Shown here: positions 24,322-38,642 of the stretch, in pieces
Layout: each line of letters opens with the position of its first letter
Numbering within the stretch: position 1 is the stretch's first letter
From: Amoebidium appalachense
Taxonomy: Eukaryota; Protista; Ichthyosporea
Direction: 5' to 3'
Length of the DNA stretch: 64,000 bases
NCBI GenBank assembly: GCA_963693365.1
Contig: CAVNZM010000003.1
Location: 10,648,988 to 10,712,987, forward strand
Program-made: the position numbers and the translations under genes
Notes under the pieces: model-generated
The model's database searches: none
The model's input: only the letters and a program-made list of their open reading frames with translations
Told to the model about the DNA's origin: nothing

Positions 24322-24911
24322 GGGGGGGAGGGGGGGGGGGGGGGGGGGCGAGGGGCGGAGGGGGGGGGGGGGGGGGGGGGGGGGGAGGAGGGGCAAAGAG
24401 GCGCTGATAGGAGAATTCAGAGGGAACGGAGGAGGGGGCGAAGAATGGGGGGGAAGGGAGGGGGGCTAGAATGTGTCCATAGAGTACGAAGTAGACATTC
24501 ACACAGGAAAAACATGCATAGTGCAAACTACACAAAAGGAGTACGCATAATAAGCTGAGCCCATCTTCGGGGGGGAGGACGGGGGTTAAAATGTGCCAGA
24601 GTAAGCAATGTGAAGTGCAAAGTACACATGCAAACGGACAATGCAATGCAGAGAACAAACCACACACAAAAGAAGATTGCACAATGTGGGGGAAAGGGGG
24701 GGGGGGGGGGGTATATATTGCAGGAAGGGTGTCCAATGTAACAGACATGAATAAGCAACACACACGAAGACTAAGCAGAACAAGTAGATCTCATCCTCGA
24801 AGGGGGGGGGGGGGGGGGGGGGGAGGGGGTAATTTGGTAAGAGGGGGGTTACTTGGGAAGAGGGGGTAAGTTTGTAGAATAGAAGAGGGAGGAGTGGAGG
24901 ATTATTTTATT

Positions 24912-24950
<39 letters not shown>

Positions 24951-25617
24951 AGGAGGCATCCAAATTCACCGGGGGGGGGGGGGGGGGGGGTTTGAATGCG
25001 GAACACGGTACAAAGTACGCATACACGACGAGAAGCATGGTGCAGGACACATGCAAAGGCAAACATTCAAGTATGCAACATCAGCCATGTGCACAGTATG
25101 CGTCATAAGCAGAGCCCATCCTCAGGGAGGACCCAAGTCATCAATTGCGTCTGAGTTTCGACCCCTTAGCCCGCGTATATACGACACTCCAACTCAGACA
25201 GCAGCATCAACTGAGCTTGGGCGGGTCAACCCGTCTTGATCAAAGACGAGCAGGGTTGCTTATGCAAGCAAGGTGAGCAAAACGGTGAAGATGTGTGTGC
25301 AAACTAATGCAGTGCAGCGAAAAATGTGTATGTGCTTACAGATGCACGACACAGAGCAACCATGCCCGGTTGCATGGAAGTAAAGCGGTCTCCAGGGGTT
25401 GTCCAAATTGCCGGTACCTGAATAAACGACAGGGTCTCATAGAGCTTATCCAATTTAGCCGTGGTCTGTGCTGCCGCAGTCACCAGCAGTTGGGGTGCCC
25501 CCGAGACTATCCTCTGCAGGATCTCTTGGCCTTGGTCCGTGGTCAAGAGGCCTAGGTGGCGACCAAGGGCGGTGTAGTTGTCTGTGAGACGCTCGTTTGT
25601 CTGTTTGTGTGTGTGTG

Positions 25618-25671
<54 letters not shown>

Positions 25672-25904
25672 GGGGGAGGGTGTGTGTGTGTGTGCGTGTG
25701 GGGAGGGGGATGTGTGTGTGTGTGTGTGTTTGTATGTGTGTTTGTGTGTGTGCGTGTGGGGAGGGGGATGTGCGCGTGTGTGTGTGTGTGCGCGCGCGTG
25801 CCCGGGGCGTTGCGGGGCGGGGGAGACGGGGGGGGAGGGGGAGGTTGTTAGGATGGGCAACTACAAGATGAGAGACGGTGCACGAAACATGCAAAGGCAA
25901 ACAT

Positions 25905-25973
<69 letters not shown>

Positions 25974-26166
25974 CGCAGGCGCAGAAGTGTGTGTTTTTCT
26001 TTTTCTTTTTCTTTTTCTTTTCTTTTTTTTTTTTTTGGGGGGGGGGGGGGGGGGGGATGTTTCATCTAGTACGAGGTACACATTGAAGGCAGGCAACACA
26101 ATGCAGGATCCGCAATGCACACACAAAGCATGCACCACAAGCAGAGCCCATCCTGCCAAAAGGGGG

Positions 26167-26198
<32 letters not shown>

Positions 26199-26663
26199 AG
26201 GGTGGTTGAATGCGTCATAAAGTACGAAGTACACATGAACAAAGGATAACACGATGCAGGATGCAAACCTTACATAAAGAGTATGCATAATAAGCGGAGC
26301 CCATCCTCAGGGGGGGCCTAAGTCATTCATCGAAGAGAGGGGGAGGGGAGGGGGGGGGGGGGGGGGGGAGGGGGGGATTTTGCGAGTGACTAAAGGACAC
26401 GAGCTGAGCATTCAAAACTTCGAGATAAACCCGAGATAAACCTGAGATATACAAATTAATTTACCTGAAAGAACGCCTGTGGTGCCTTCACAAACAAATC
26501 CTTCTTGTTTGCGTTTGGCAGCAGTTTTCCGAAAAATTCGAATTTCGGGGCGATTATCTCCTTGTAGTCGTGGAGGAGAAACTGGGGGTGCTCTCTGATG
26601 ATACCCCGCATGTTGACGTTTGGAAACGAGGAGGATAGTTTCTTCAGTGTCTCCTGGAGGGGG

Positions 26664-26705
<42 letters not shown>

Positions 26706-28376
26706 GGAAAAAAAGGATAAAAGTTGGAGGGGGAGGAAGGGGGAGGGGAGGGAGGGAGGGGAGGGGGGGGGGGGGGGGGGGGGAGGGTGCAAGAGGGAGA
26801 GAGGGGGAGAGGAGCGGGAGGGGGGGGGAGGGGGGGGGGGGGGGGGAGGTTAGCACATTCAGGGGTGTCAAAAACACACAATATGTAAGGCAAGGTTTTT
26901 TTTTTGTTTTTTTTTTGTTTTTTTTTGTTTTGTTTTTTTTTTGTGGGGGGGGGGGGGGGGGGGGGGGAGGAGGACAACAATGCAGACCAGCATACTTCCT
27001 CCAATCAGGCAAAAACACTAAAACGTTATATAGCCAATAGCCAGGGGCCAACCAAATCCACCAAATTCCGAATGGAACCCCCTAAAGGAAATCCCCCCGG
27101 GGGGGGGGGGGGGGGGGGGGGGGATATTGAAAAGGGTTTGAATGCGCCATAGAGTGCGAAATACACATTCACAACGGACAACACACTACAGAGCCCAACA
27201 CACACAGAGTTCATACATCATAACAAGCAGAGCGTGTGGGGGGGGGGGGGGGGGAGGGGGGGGGGGAAGTCTCCTCCCATTTTTTTTGTTTTCTGGGAGG
27301 AGAAAGGGGAAGGTGTGTGTGCATGTGTGTGGGGGGGGGAGGGGGGGGGGGGGGTTAGAATGCGTCATAAAGTACGAAGTACACAAGAACAACGGATAAC
27401 ACGATGCAGAATGCAAGCCATACATAAAGAGTATGCATAATAAGCAGAGCCCATTCAGGGGGGGGCCACGTCATCCACAGTACCCGAGTTTCGACCCATA
27501 CACCTCGTTAACGAAACCCAACTCAGATACTGTTTCACTTGAACATGGGTGGGTCACCCGTCTTGATCAGAGACGGGGGTTTTGAATGCGTCAAAAAGTA
27601 CGAAGTACACAAGAACAAACGGATAACACGATGCAGAATGCAAGCCATACATAAAGAGTATGCATAATAAGCAGAGCCCATCCTCAGGGGGGGCCAGAGA
27701 CGGGGGAGGGGGGGGGGGGGGGGGGGGGTTTGATGTACGGCTTGATATGATCGGCCATGGAAGAAAAGACATCAAAAACCGCAAAGGATAAAAACACAAA
27801 AAAACTAAAATCAAAATAACTTGCAACGGCACAAAGACCATGCTGTTTGACTTACTTGAACAGGGCTCAATGTCAGGGGGGGATCTGTGCATTTAAAGTT
27901 TTGGATTTATTTATTTACTACTACGTCTTATATTTCTATTTCATTTTTCTTTGTGGGGGAAGATACATGGAATAGAGAATTGGAATTCTTAGTCTTTATT
28001 TTCCGGTCGGGCGGGGCGGGGGGGGGGGGGGGGGGGGGGGGGGGTCCCACCTTGATAGCTCTCATTTCCCTCCGAAGCAATGCAGGGTGCTTCCCCAACA
28101 CATACCCAAGCGGATTGGTCGAAAGCGGATGGTTGCTAGCCAATGAATCACCATCTTTAATTTTAAAGCCATGCTCTGATTCGTCATTTTTTTCCTTTCG
28201 CTTCTGGTCCCCCTTCACCTTTGTTACATTTCCTGAGACCCCCGCTTTCGGGTAGAAAATTCCGGTTAGGGAGTTCACTTTTGTTCGGAGGACGGTGGGG
28301 TCGTATTGCAAAAGTATGCCCAGGTCACGTGAAGCTATTGCCGCCGCGGCGTCTATGCCAAGCACTGTTTTCATGT

Positions 28377-28436
<60 letters not shown>

Positions 28437-28732
28437 GGGGGGAGGGGGTGGAGGGGGGAGAGTGGGGAGGGGGGTGGAGGGGGTAGATTGGGGGTGATTG
28501 AGGGGGGGGGGTTTGGAGCGAGGGGGAGGGGGAGGGGGGTTGCGGGGAGGGGGGGGGGGAGGACATATTGGGGTTTATGAGGTCAGGGTGGGTGTTGAAT
28601 GGTGGGTGGGTGGGTTATTTTGGTTTTTTATTTGGGGGGGGGGGGGGGGGGGTGAGTGTATGTGGGTGGGTGGGTAGGTGGATGTGTGTGTGCGAGGGGG
28701 GGAAGAGGGAATGTGGGTGTGTGGGTGTGCGT

Positions 28733-28763
<31 letters not shown>

Positions 28764-29597
28764 GGGGAAGAGGGGGGTAGGTTAGTGGGTTGGTGCGTGA
28801 TTGTGCGTGTGTGTGTGGGGGGGGGGGGGGGGAGGGGGGGAGAGATTGTGTGTGTGCGTGGGAAAGGGGGAGGGAGGGGAGGGGGGGGGGGGGGGGGTTC
28901 GTGTGTGTGTGTGTTGTGTGTGTACTGCATGTTGCGTGTGTGTGTGCGCGCATGTGTGGATCTGTTTATGTGCTCGAATAAGGTCGTGTGTGGGGGGAGG
29001 GGTGTGAGCATGTGGTACATGGTCCTGCGTGTGTCCGTGGTGTGTGTGTATGTGTGTCATGACCAACCCCCTGTGTTTAGGTTTTAACACGAACACATGT
29101 GCACACGCACGTGCATGCATATGTGCAATGGAGCAAGCGGGAGGGGCAATTTTTTTTTCATGAAAAGGAGGGGGGGGGGGAGGGGGGGGGGGTTTGAATG
29201 CGTCAAAAAGTACGAAGTACACAAGAACAAACGGATAACACGATGCAGGATGCAAGCCATACATAAAGAGTATGCATAATAAGCAGAGCCCATCCTCAGG
29301 GGGGGGCCACGTCATCCACAGCACCCGAGGAGTGACATTACACGTTCAGAACGAACAACACCTCACACAACTTTCAGGCCTCCCCTCCCCCCCCTCCTCA
29401 ACCCCCCCCCCCCCCTTCCCCCCCACAAAAAAAAGAGTATGCATCATTCTTTGGCAGGCTGGAGGGGAAGGGGGGGAGGGGGGAGGGTTGTATATGTTAT
29501 GGAGTAACAGTACACATTTACGACAACCAATGCAATGCAGAGTGCAAACCCACACACGAAGAGAATGCATGTTTAGCGGAGCCCATCCTCGGGGAAA

Positions 29598-29632
<35 letters not shown>

Positions 29633-30317
29633 AAAATACCGTGTAAGCCTCCTTCAGTTTTTCTTGATCCTGGGATCTCACAAGATTAAACCCACGTGCA
29701 GACTTGACCAACTGGGGGTCGATTTCCGGAATTATCACCTTCAACATACCGATTTTCGACTTTTCCGCAAATGTTTTCTCACCCTGGTCGTCCCTTTCCT
29801 CCTCCACCGCCTGTATGTGCTTGATTTTGCCTTCGAATCCTCTCACTCTGTCCTGCCACGATCTTTTCGGATTTCCGTTTTTGTCGAGTGCAACCGGTAG
29901 CGTGGTTTTCTCTTTCTTAATGGGTTTTTTCGGCCGTTTGTCTTCCCTTGCGGTGTAAAAATCGTCTTCAAACTCTTTCCAACCTTCTTTTCTTTCCATC
30001 TCCGCCCGCTCTCTCTTTTTCTCGACCTTGTCGCGCCAATCCCGTTTTCCCCCTCTCTCCCCTTCCCCTCTGTCCTTTCCCCACCCCGCCCCAGTACTAT
30101 TTCCTTCCCGTTTTTCATATTTCCCGCCTTTTCCCGTTCTTTCCTTTGCGGAATCCCCCCTTCCATCGTCCCTATCTCTGAGAATATCAGCTATCGTTCT
30201 GTTAGACCCCCCCGCTGTCGATTTTCGACTGTTACAGCATGCTGCCGCTGCAGAAATTAGCCTTTTCCCCATAGCTCCCCCTGACGGGTGGCAGCTGCGT
30301 AGAAGTGGGCCGAGCAT
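22645..30317 (-). CDS. mTERF-like helical-repeat protein, about 655 aa, probably mitochondrial; exons 29640-30317, 28051-28377, 26465-26653, 25418-25600, 24030-24229, 22645-23035
   Basis: All five introns are GT-AG and phase-consistent (1968 nt coding). Repeated xxxPxLL...K/N..L motifs ([64 protein letters not shown]) resemble mTERF repeats; basic, Ser/Ala/Arg-rich N-terminus. Family call is by motif resemblance only. Confidence 0.75.
23437..29592 (-). repeat. Cluster of at least 12 divergent copies of the C-tailed SINE-like repeat in introns of the mTERF-like gene
   Basis: Plus-strand pattern G-run + TT(T/A)GAATGCG...AGTACGAAGTACAC...AGAGCCCATCCTCAGGG at about 23437-23582, 24467-24575, 24715-24800, 24991-25250, 25855-25906, 26058-26160, 26205-26330, 27137-27235, 27355-27577, 27580-27700, 27728-27880, 29193-29330, 29500-29592. 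Confidence 0.8.
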
Positions 30318-30569
30318 GGTAAACCTGCCGAGGTCTGTGTGAGTGGAGACCTCTTCCTCTTTCCCTCTCTCCCCTCCCCCACCCCCCCCCCCCCCCCCCC
30401 CCCTCCCCCCCCTCGCCCCCCCCCCTCCACACACACACACACACACACACGCACACACACACTATCAACCCTCCCCCCCACTCAACCACCCGCAAAAGCA
30501 CACACACACACACACAGACACGACACACACACACGAGCGCACGCACACACACACGCACACACACACGCG

Positions 30570-30653
<84 letters not shown>

Positions 30654-31824
30654 CACAAGCTCTATCTCTCCCACTCTCTCTTTCTCTCACTCACACACAC
30701 ACACTCTCTCTCTCTCCCCCTGAGTGTGTGTGTGTGTGCTTGTGTGTGTGCCTGTGTGCGTGCATGCGTGAGTCCGTGTGCTCGTACATGCATGCGTGCG
30801 TGTATGTGTGTCGTTCACAGCCGTAGGGAGTAAGCAAAGCAAAACCCACAAAACGGCCGGGGAAAGCACGAGGAAGGAGGAAGGTGAGAGAGGCAGAGTG
30901 ATGAGCACAAGAGGAAGGAGAGAGGGGGAGGGGGGAGGGGGGAGGGAGAAGGGGGACAGGGGAGGGGAAGGGGGGGGAGGAAGAGCGCACGTTGGTGCGA
31001 CGGCTGGCAATCAGGCTATCATCTGCTTCTGTGGAGAATTTACACACCTTCTTCGCCTGGCTTTTAACCCGTTCTGTCAGTCTGTGTGCACGCAGCTTGT
31101 ACAAGTGCACGCTGTGTGCGCGGATGACATGCGTTCTCGCGTGCTCAAGTTTGAAAGAACTCTTATTTTGTGCAACGTTTGCGCAAGATTTGCGCATAGA
31201 TTTCAGTTGCTGGGCTCTTCACGCCCGTAGGCTTTCCCCCTCGTCCTAACATTAAAATTAAAATCACCTAATCCACAACTTTAATGTTATCCTCAAATTT
31301 GGAATGCACCAGGAATGAGTTCTGTGACCTACAACCAATCACAGACGGTAAAACTTTTAAACTTTTTAATGCAAAGTGCGTGGACCCGCGATGATTGGCA
31401 GACGTCTATGACGCCAAATTTAGCTTTATCTGTTTAGGTCGGCCGGCAAGTGGCAAGTAAAGCAACCTGCACATGTAGTGTGGCGCTGGCGTTTTGCTTT
31501 GCAACTGTTGAAAAAAACATGGGCATTGTCAGTGACTAAGCATGACTAGGCTTCTCGGCTTAAAGAAAAGCATGATAAGTATGCATGTATGCAGCTGAAT
31601 GCTCGAGCATCCTTCAAAATCTGCCTCCTTATGGCTAATCGTAAAACTAATCCAGTAACAGTAGAACGTAGATCCAGCACTAGTTTTGCTTGTCACACTG
31701 GACATCAAAATTGGTGTGCACAACCCTTATGCATGCACCTTGCTCCCAAGCGTATCAGATTTCTTATATTTCTTTCCATTAACATCTTGGTGAACACACA
31801 TAGTGATAGGAGCTGTTACCAGAG

Positions 31825-32853
31825 ATGGCAACAAGGAATCCTCACTCGCCCACGTTAGAGGGCTACTCGACAAGCCTGCTGCAATCCCCGCATCAATCAC
31901 AGCTTAGGCTCGACAACGCATTTGTTGATTTCTCCATGTCTACCACTCTGATTTCTACAGAAAAAGAGGCGAAAGCAGTTACACGGGACTCTCCAGCTGG
32001 CGAGCAAGAATCAGGAAACCAGCAATCCAGCAGTTATTCCATGGAATCGCATGCACGGTTGGGTGATAAGCCCGCTTTGTCAAGGCACAATCTATGGTAC
32101 GACCAGCCGCGGCACACCACAAGATGGGTGCTCTGGGCGCTGCTATGTGCTTTTTTTGTTGTTTCCGCATTTTTAACGATCTTGTTCGTTTTTCCTTCTA
32201 ATGCCTCTCAATCCGTTTCGGTTTCCGTTTCAACGGTATCCCAAGCAAATGGCAACGAACCTGTTGTGGACACATCACTCATAGGTGCACGGATAAGTTT
32301 TCAGAACGAGTTCAACAAGGATGATAACGAAAACAAGAACGAAGCTCTGCAAAAAGAGAAAACGACACTGGAGAAACCGAGGGTCAAGGTGTTGGAGCAG
32401 TTGATGGAAGGTATGTGCTCTTTTTTCGTTCGGGTGGTGAACGTGCTCGCTGCTCCCCTTTTGATTTCTTCCACTTCTTATCACCCTAAGCCGGAACGAA
32501 AAGCAGATATGCAGCAAGTGAGCCATCCCATTCCTTTCCCCGTCTTTTTATTTCTCTCTCTCTCGTCTCTCTCTCTCTTTCTCTCTCTCTCTCCCTCTCC
32601 CCCCCCCCCCCCTCCCCTCCCACCCCCACCCCTTGGCCTTCCCCCTTTCCCCCTCCCCTCCCACCTTCCCACCTCCACCCACCCACCCCACCCACATATT
32701 CTTCAGCCAATTATTTTGTTAAGGGACAAGAAGGGTTTTTTTTTTCCGGAGGGAAAGTCTCCCCGAGGGAAAAGAAAAGAAGCAAAAGGAAGCTGGATGA
32801 ATGGATGGGTGGAGGTGGGCAAAGGCGGCGGCGAAGACGGCGGCGGCGGGAGG

Positions 32854-32889
<36 letters not shown>

Positions 32890-33885
32890 GGAATACTTCA
32901 TATTTTTCGAAAGAGGGATTGGCAAACTTCAAGTTTTTTATTATCATATTGGTTGTTGGCGTTGGATTCCGACAGGGAAAGGATATGCTGAAAACCTAGC
33001 GAGGCTCGCGTGGACCATACTAATCCGCAGTTGGAAAGAAATTGGCCTTGCCACGGTGTGTGCAGTGAGGCTTACCAAGCCGGTCCTTGCTCTCTCTTTT
33101 GTGTTCTCTCGCTTCCCCCCTGACCATAAGACGGATGAATTTTCGCATGCCGGCACACATGTGCACCGACCCATCTTTCCTCTTTCTGTCCCCTTTCTAA
33201 ATAAGGCAAAAAATCACTTCCATATGCAGATGCCGCATACCTTCCCGGCGTTGGAGCCCCCTTTGTGGATCTTACAGCCGGACAGAGGTGTGACATCATA
33301 GATGCAATGGACGGCACCGAACAGACGAACGCATCCAACACGCTCGTGCGCGTGGATAACCGGGACGGGGTAGTCACAGTATATCTCACGGCGCGGGATA
33401 GCCAAAATTCGAGCTGCACGTACGGCGGCGACGCCTTCCGGTGCACGCTGATTCAAAAGACCAACGCCGACCCGGGGGGTATTGTCGGGAGACGGTTTCG
33501 TGCGTTTTCTTACAGTTATGATCATTGCAACGGAACGTATACGTGCACGTTTGATATGAGGCATGGGGCGGCGGGGAGTTATAACGTGGCGCTTGTGCAT
33601 CTTTCTAGAATGTATACGCATATGATGAGACTCGTGGAGGCGCCGAGTTGCGGAGCAGCGGTGGCGAGTAGGTATATTAATGCTACTAAACTGTTGGATG
33701 TGGGGAAGCTGGTTACGCAGGAGGTGAGTGATCACGTACACACACACATGCTAGTATATGCAAGCGCATGTATGGGACGCACATGCACACACACACACAT
33801 ACACACACACGCATGCATGCATGCATGGGGTGCACACGGACACACACACACACATACACATACACACACGCACGCACACACATAC

Positions 33886-33920
<35 letters not shown>

Positions 33921-35052
33921 GCACATACCTTGAGTTCGTCTCTGTGTTGTTATGTCTGTGGTTTGTCGATGCATTTGGTTTCATTTCTGCCACCTTCTAA
34001 AGCACACCACTCCCCCCCCCCCCCCCCAACCCCCCACCCCCCTAGCCCCCCCCCCCCCCCCCCCCCCCCCCCCGGCTCCCACTCCCCATCCCCCGTTTCT
34101 TGTCCCCGTAACGATAGGCACTATATTTCTGTTGCAGTGGTTGTATATTTGTTTTCTTTTTTTCTGTACATAAAAAGGGGGAGGATGGGGTGGTAAATTC
34201 CTACTTTTTTATTGTTTTATAAAAACTTTTTTTTTGGGCACGCGCCAAAACTTTCTGCCCAATTTTCTATATTTGGCTGATCGTGCGATCGCACGAAAAT
34301 AATTAATCCATACATAATCATTTCGGTTTTGCGATATTCCTCCTTTTTTGGGTGGGAGGAGGGGGGAGGGGAAGGGGGCATTACACCATATATAGTCAAA
34401 AAGACAATCATATACTCTGACATCACCATTACGTACATTTCTCGTCAAACTGACGTCACAACAATGAATTTCTCAACACCGACACAATTCCCTCTAACAT
34501 TTCACTTCTTGCACCATCACAGATTGCTTTCTCCAACGCCACCGTCGACGTTTCCCCTCAGCCTCTCTCAACCAATCACCTTCCCCCTTGCACCATGGCC
34601 AGCCCGTCTGCGGGCCGCTGGGTGGCCCAAACCGTTTGCTTTCCGGGCCAAAAAGTCGACCCGGCCCGAAATGAGAGCTTGGCGGGGGGTTGCCGCTTGG
34701 GAGACGCGGGGATGCGCGTGTTTGACGCGTCCGTTTGGGTTCCGTTTTCCTGTAGTCTTCGTTACGTTTCCCCATCGCAGTTTGCGCAAAAGGCGTTGAA
34801 AATGGGCCACCGCCGCGTTACGTTTTTGGGCGACAGCCGGTCCTATAACTTTTTCCTTTCGTTTGTTCAGTTTATGCACGGGGCAAGACCCAACCCTGTG
34901 ACGGGAACATTCAACCAAACGGTATGTTGGTGATGTGTGTTGGGGGGCAATGGTGTGTGGTAGCTCGAAAGGAAAGGGGGGGGGGGACACCAGGGGAGGA
35001 GGGGGTGTTGTTTTCACTGCGTAGAAAGGAAAGGGCCGAGGGTGGGGCGTGT

Positions 35053-35083
<31 letters not shown>

Positions 35084-35230
35084 GGGGGGATAAGCGGAAG
35101 ATGGGGCTGTCTTGTGATGGTGGTTTGTGTGTATTAGTGTGTACTGGCAAGGAAATGGAATGGTGGCAGTGGTGGTGTGGTGGTTTTGGTGGGGGGGATT
35201 GAGGGGAGAGGGGCTCCTTGTGTGTGCTTT

Positions 35231-35305
<75 letters not shown>

Positions 35306-35502
35306 TCGTGTGCGACAAACATTGTTTAGCAAGCGGAACCTGTGTCACAAGGTCACAGGTTTATGTTCTTTCATACAGTAACCTGCTTGCCACCCTTTCC
35401 CCCTCTTTCCCCCCAACCCCCACCCCACCCCACCCCATACCACCACCACCTCCACCACATCAAAACACACCCAGAGGCGCACACCCACATATGTGTGTGT
35501 GG

Positions 35503-35540
<38 letters not shown>

Positions 35541-35581
35541 CAAAAGCCTGAACATCAGGCCAGCTAAAGGCCTATGGGATT

Positions 35582-35627
<46 letters not shown>

Positions 35628-36415
35628 GTTCTACGCACTTAACCGGCGTACACATTGCACCACACATGACCTCTTCAACGCCATGCAAAGTCTGCAATCA
35701 AAACTTCAATTCTCACACATTGGATCCCCCCTTACAGGACCTTGCAACCAACATGCCGTTTCAAAAACCCCGAATTTTCACCAACGACACCTTGAGTATA
35801 TTCGACCTCTCCTATACAGCACACAACATGACCTTCGAACTCTTCACTTCGTTCGGCACCGCGGACCACATGGACCAATTTCCGTGTCCTGAAATTCCCG
35901 AAATTGTCACAAACACGTATCATTCTCTTAAGCGAACTATCGGAACTTGGTTTGAAAAATTCCGGATTCTGACCTCCTCCCCTCCGGACGAACAGCCTGA
36001 CGTCATCATTCTGCAGGACGGGGGGCTCCATGAGAGCTTTATGAGCTTTACGGAGATGCACTATGTGCACTCTGTCCGGAAAATAATCGATATTTTGAAA
36101 GCAAATTTCCCGAACAAGAAGATTATCTACTTTACGTTGCCAGCCGCCATGGTTCGTGATTTCGAAATGGGATTTTCGGTGCGTTCAGAATATCTACAGT
36201 GGAGAAGGGCACAGCTTGGCCGAAAATTGTTTTCAGAGGCGGGCTATGACGTTTGGGATATACACCATATGACGGCTAGTAGGGCAGATAGATATTTCGA
36301 CGCAATTCACTACTATCCCCAAGAGAAATACCGGACGAAGTGGCACGAACAACCTATGCTGCTAGCACATGAATTGGTGCAGGATTTGGTAAATCGCATG
36401 TATGAGTGGCCGTGA
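31825..36415 (+). CDS. NXPE-like / PC-esterase (GDS...DxxH) type II membrane protein, about 702 aa; exons 31825-32410, 33278-33723, 34523-34921, 35738-36415
   Basis: Phase-consistent GT-AG introns (2109 nt coding); transmembrane WVLWALLCAFFVVSAFLTILFVF; Ig-like LTARDS..YGGDAF..DHCNGTYT; GRW, WVPFSC, VTFLGDSR, PDVIIL, DAIHY. Confidence 0.85.
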
Positions 36416-36643
36416 AATTTTGAGTACATATAGTATATCTCCCTGTTTATGGATATACCATGTAGAATATACGTAATACCTAACGGCAACAAGATTTGTA
36501 GTCAAAATCGGGAGAAAGCATGACGGTTAGTTTTAATTTTCAACGGAATTACCTGGGACCAATGAATGTACATATCCAAACGGTACTGTTTTGAAGGCCA
36601 TGATATTAGTCATAGGAATTTTTTATTTATATTTGGGGGGGAA

Positions 36644-36679
<36 letters not shown>

Positions 36680-37192
36680 TATTACAGTTAAAAGCTACAC
36701 TAGAGGTTCGTTGTTGTCGTGAATGCTATCAATGGCAACAAAATTCCAGTTCCGATCGTACTGTGTTTCTGTGTGGACGGTGTGTTGTGTGTGTGCGTGT
36801 GTCTGTGTGTGTGTTTGTGTGTGGATGGGTGTGAGTGCTCTTGCTTGCGCACACACATTCCTTATGTCGTGTGAATGCTTTCTTGCAGTTGATCTGTGTG
36901 TGTGCTGGAATGTATGCTTTTCAAGGCAGGCACTGCGCCCCCGGAAGCGGCGGCGGGAGGGAGGGGGGGGGGGGGGGGGGGGAAGGAACTGTTTTGGGGG
37001 GGGGGGGGGGGGGGGGGGGGAGGAGCTGCAGACCGTCGTCGATCAGTTCGTTTGTCAAATCTAAGCGATCATACCCCACTTTCTAACTCTTTGCAATCCA
37101 CAACTTTTGGCACGACGTTTGGAGTGACCATATATACAATCAATTCAATTAGTACTAGCGACTACTGGTAGCGCTTATTACCGTGCTCCCAA

Positions 37193-37224
<32 letters not shown>

Positions 37225-37559
37225 ATTCCCTACCCATTCCCTACCCAAATTCCCGGCAACTTCTCACCGTTTATTGGATGCCCCAAATTCATCTTTCTGG
37301 CTTACAGAATGTTGGCCCGGGAAGAGGTGGGGGGGGGGGGGGGGCAGAATGATGAATGTTCTTCTCAGGTAGCCAACCCCATGAATAAAGTTTGTGTGTG
37401 CCGAAATGCTGTTGGGTGTGTACACCAGTTGGTAAGCCATAAAAAATTGGGAATAAGACGCAAGCAAATAAGGATTTTGCGTTGGAAAGGTTGCACGCTA
37501 ATGGCTTGATTAGGGGGTTGGGGGGGAAGTGGGGGGTAGGGGGAGGGGGAGGGGGATGG

Positions 37560-37954
37560 AGAGTTAGCCCAATTCCGGAAATAAATGGAAATCATTTCCA
37601 TGATCTCCATTTCCAGAAAAGTCTGGAAATGTTTGGAGATTACAGCCAAAAAGGCGGCTACCTTCTGATGTCGTCAGAAATAGACACACCAGAGTCGGTT
37701 AGTTCGTACGGCGGTCAAGGCACAGCCAGGACGTCCCAGCTGGAAAGGTGTGTATATCGGGAGTCGTTTTTCGCAATTCGTGACTCCAAAAACTAGAAAT
37801 TTTCAAAAATTTCCGGGAAGCGATTCATAGTTCGCAAAGGTTGAACTTCCACCAATATATAAGATCTGCAGAATCAGCACCTGTGAGTGAACTATGGACG
37901 TGTTCTAGCAGGCTCAGGCAAGTGTGGAAGGGGCGCCAAATTTGGAGCCAGGGG

Positions 37955-38019
<65 letters not shown>

Positions 38020-38370
38020 GGGGGGGGGGGGGGGGGGGGGAGTTGGGGGGTCGCACATAACTTGTAACTCCGATATATATAATTCATTTGAGTCTTTTCT
38101 ATCGACTGTGAGCCACAACAGAGCTCCAAGACTTTAGGGACGTCTACTAGTAGACGGCTGGGACCCGGCCACCGAAGAGGTTTAACTTGATGTGTGTGGT
38201 CGCAGTAACGTGTAGGTTTGTGTGTGTGTGTGTGTGTGTAGTGTAGTGTGTGTGTGTGAGTGTGTGTGTGTCATTTTTGGGAGTGATTTTCACTGCAATT
38301 CCATTGTTTCCTGTCTTGATTTCATTTTATTTCCGGACATTTCCAGTCATTTCCATTCCATTTACTTTAC
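37560..38370. repeat. Possible non-autonomous DNA transposon relic with subterminal GGAAAT/ATTTCC inverted repeats
   Basis: CCGGAAATAAATGGAAATC (about 37575) is near reverse-complementary to GATTTCATTTTATTTCCGG (about 38318); several GGAAA/TTTCC repeats at both ends; no TSD found. Confidence 0.35.
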
Positions 38371-38481
38371 CTGTGCTATGGTAAAACATTGCCAACAGAT
38401 CATGACTTGCATCTCCGATACCAACCGCCATCAGTAAGTGTGGACAGTGAACTTTGGTCTACATGTACGTTGTTTGTTGAG

Positions 38482-38642
<161 letters not shown>

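Noticed and set aside
24991-25250. Hammerhead ribozyme suggested by CTGAGGA and CGAAAC on the minus strand
   Set aside because: Stem I and stem II could not be formed with canonical geometry; kept only as an unclassified structure.
23437-29592. CRISPR-like array (conserved ends, variable middles)
   Set aside because: Irregular spacing, degenerate repeats, middles homologous to one another, eukaryotic intronic context and no cas-like genes.
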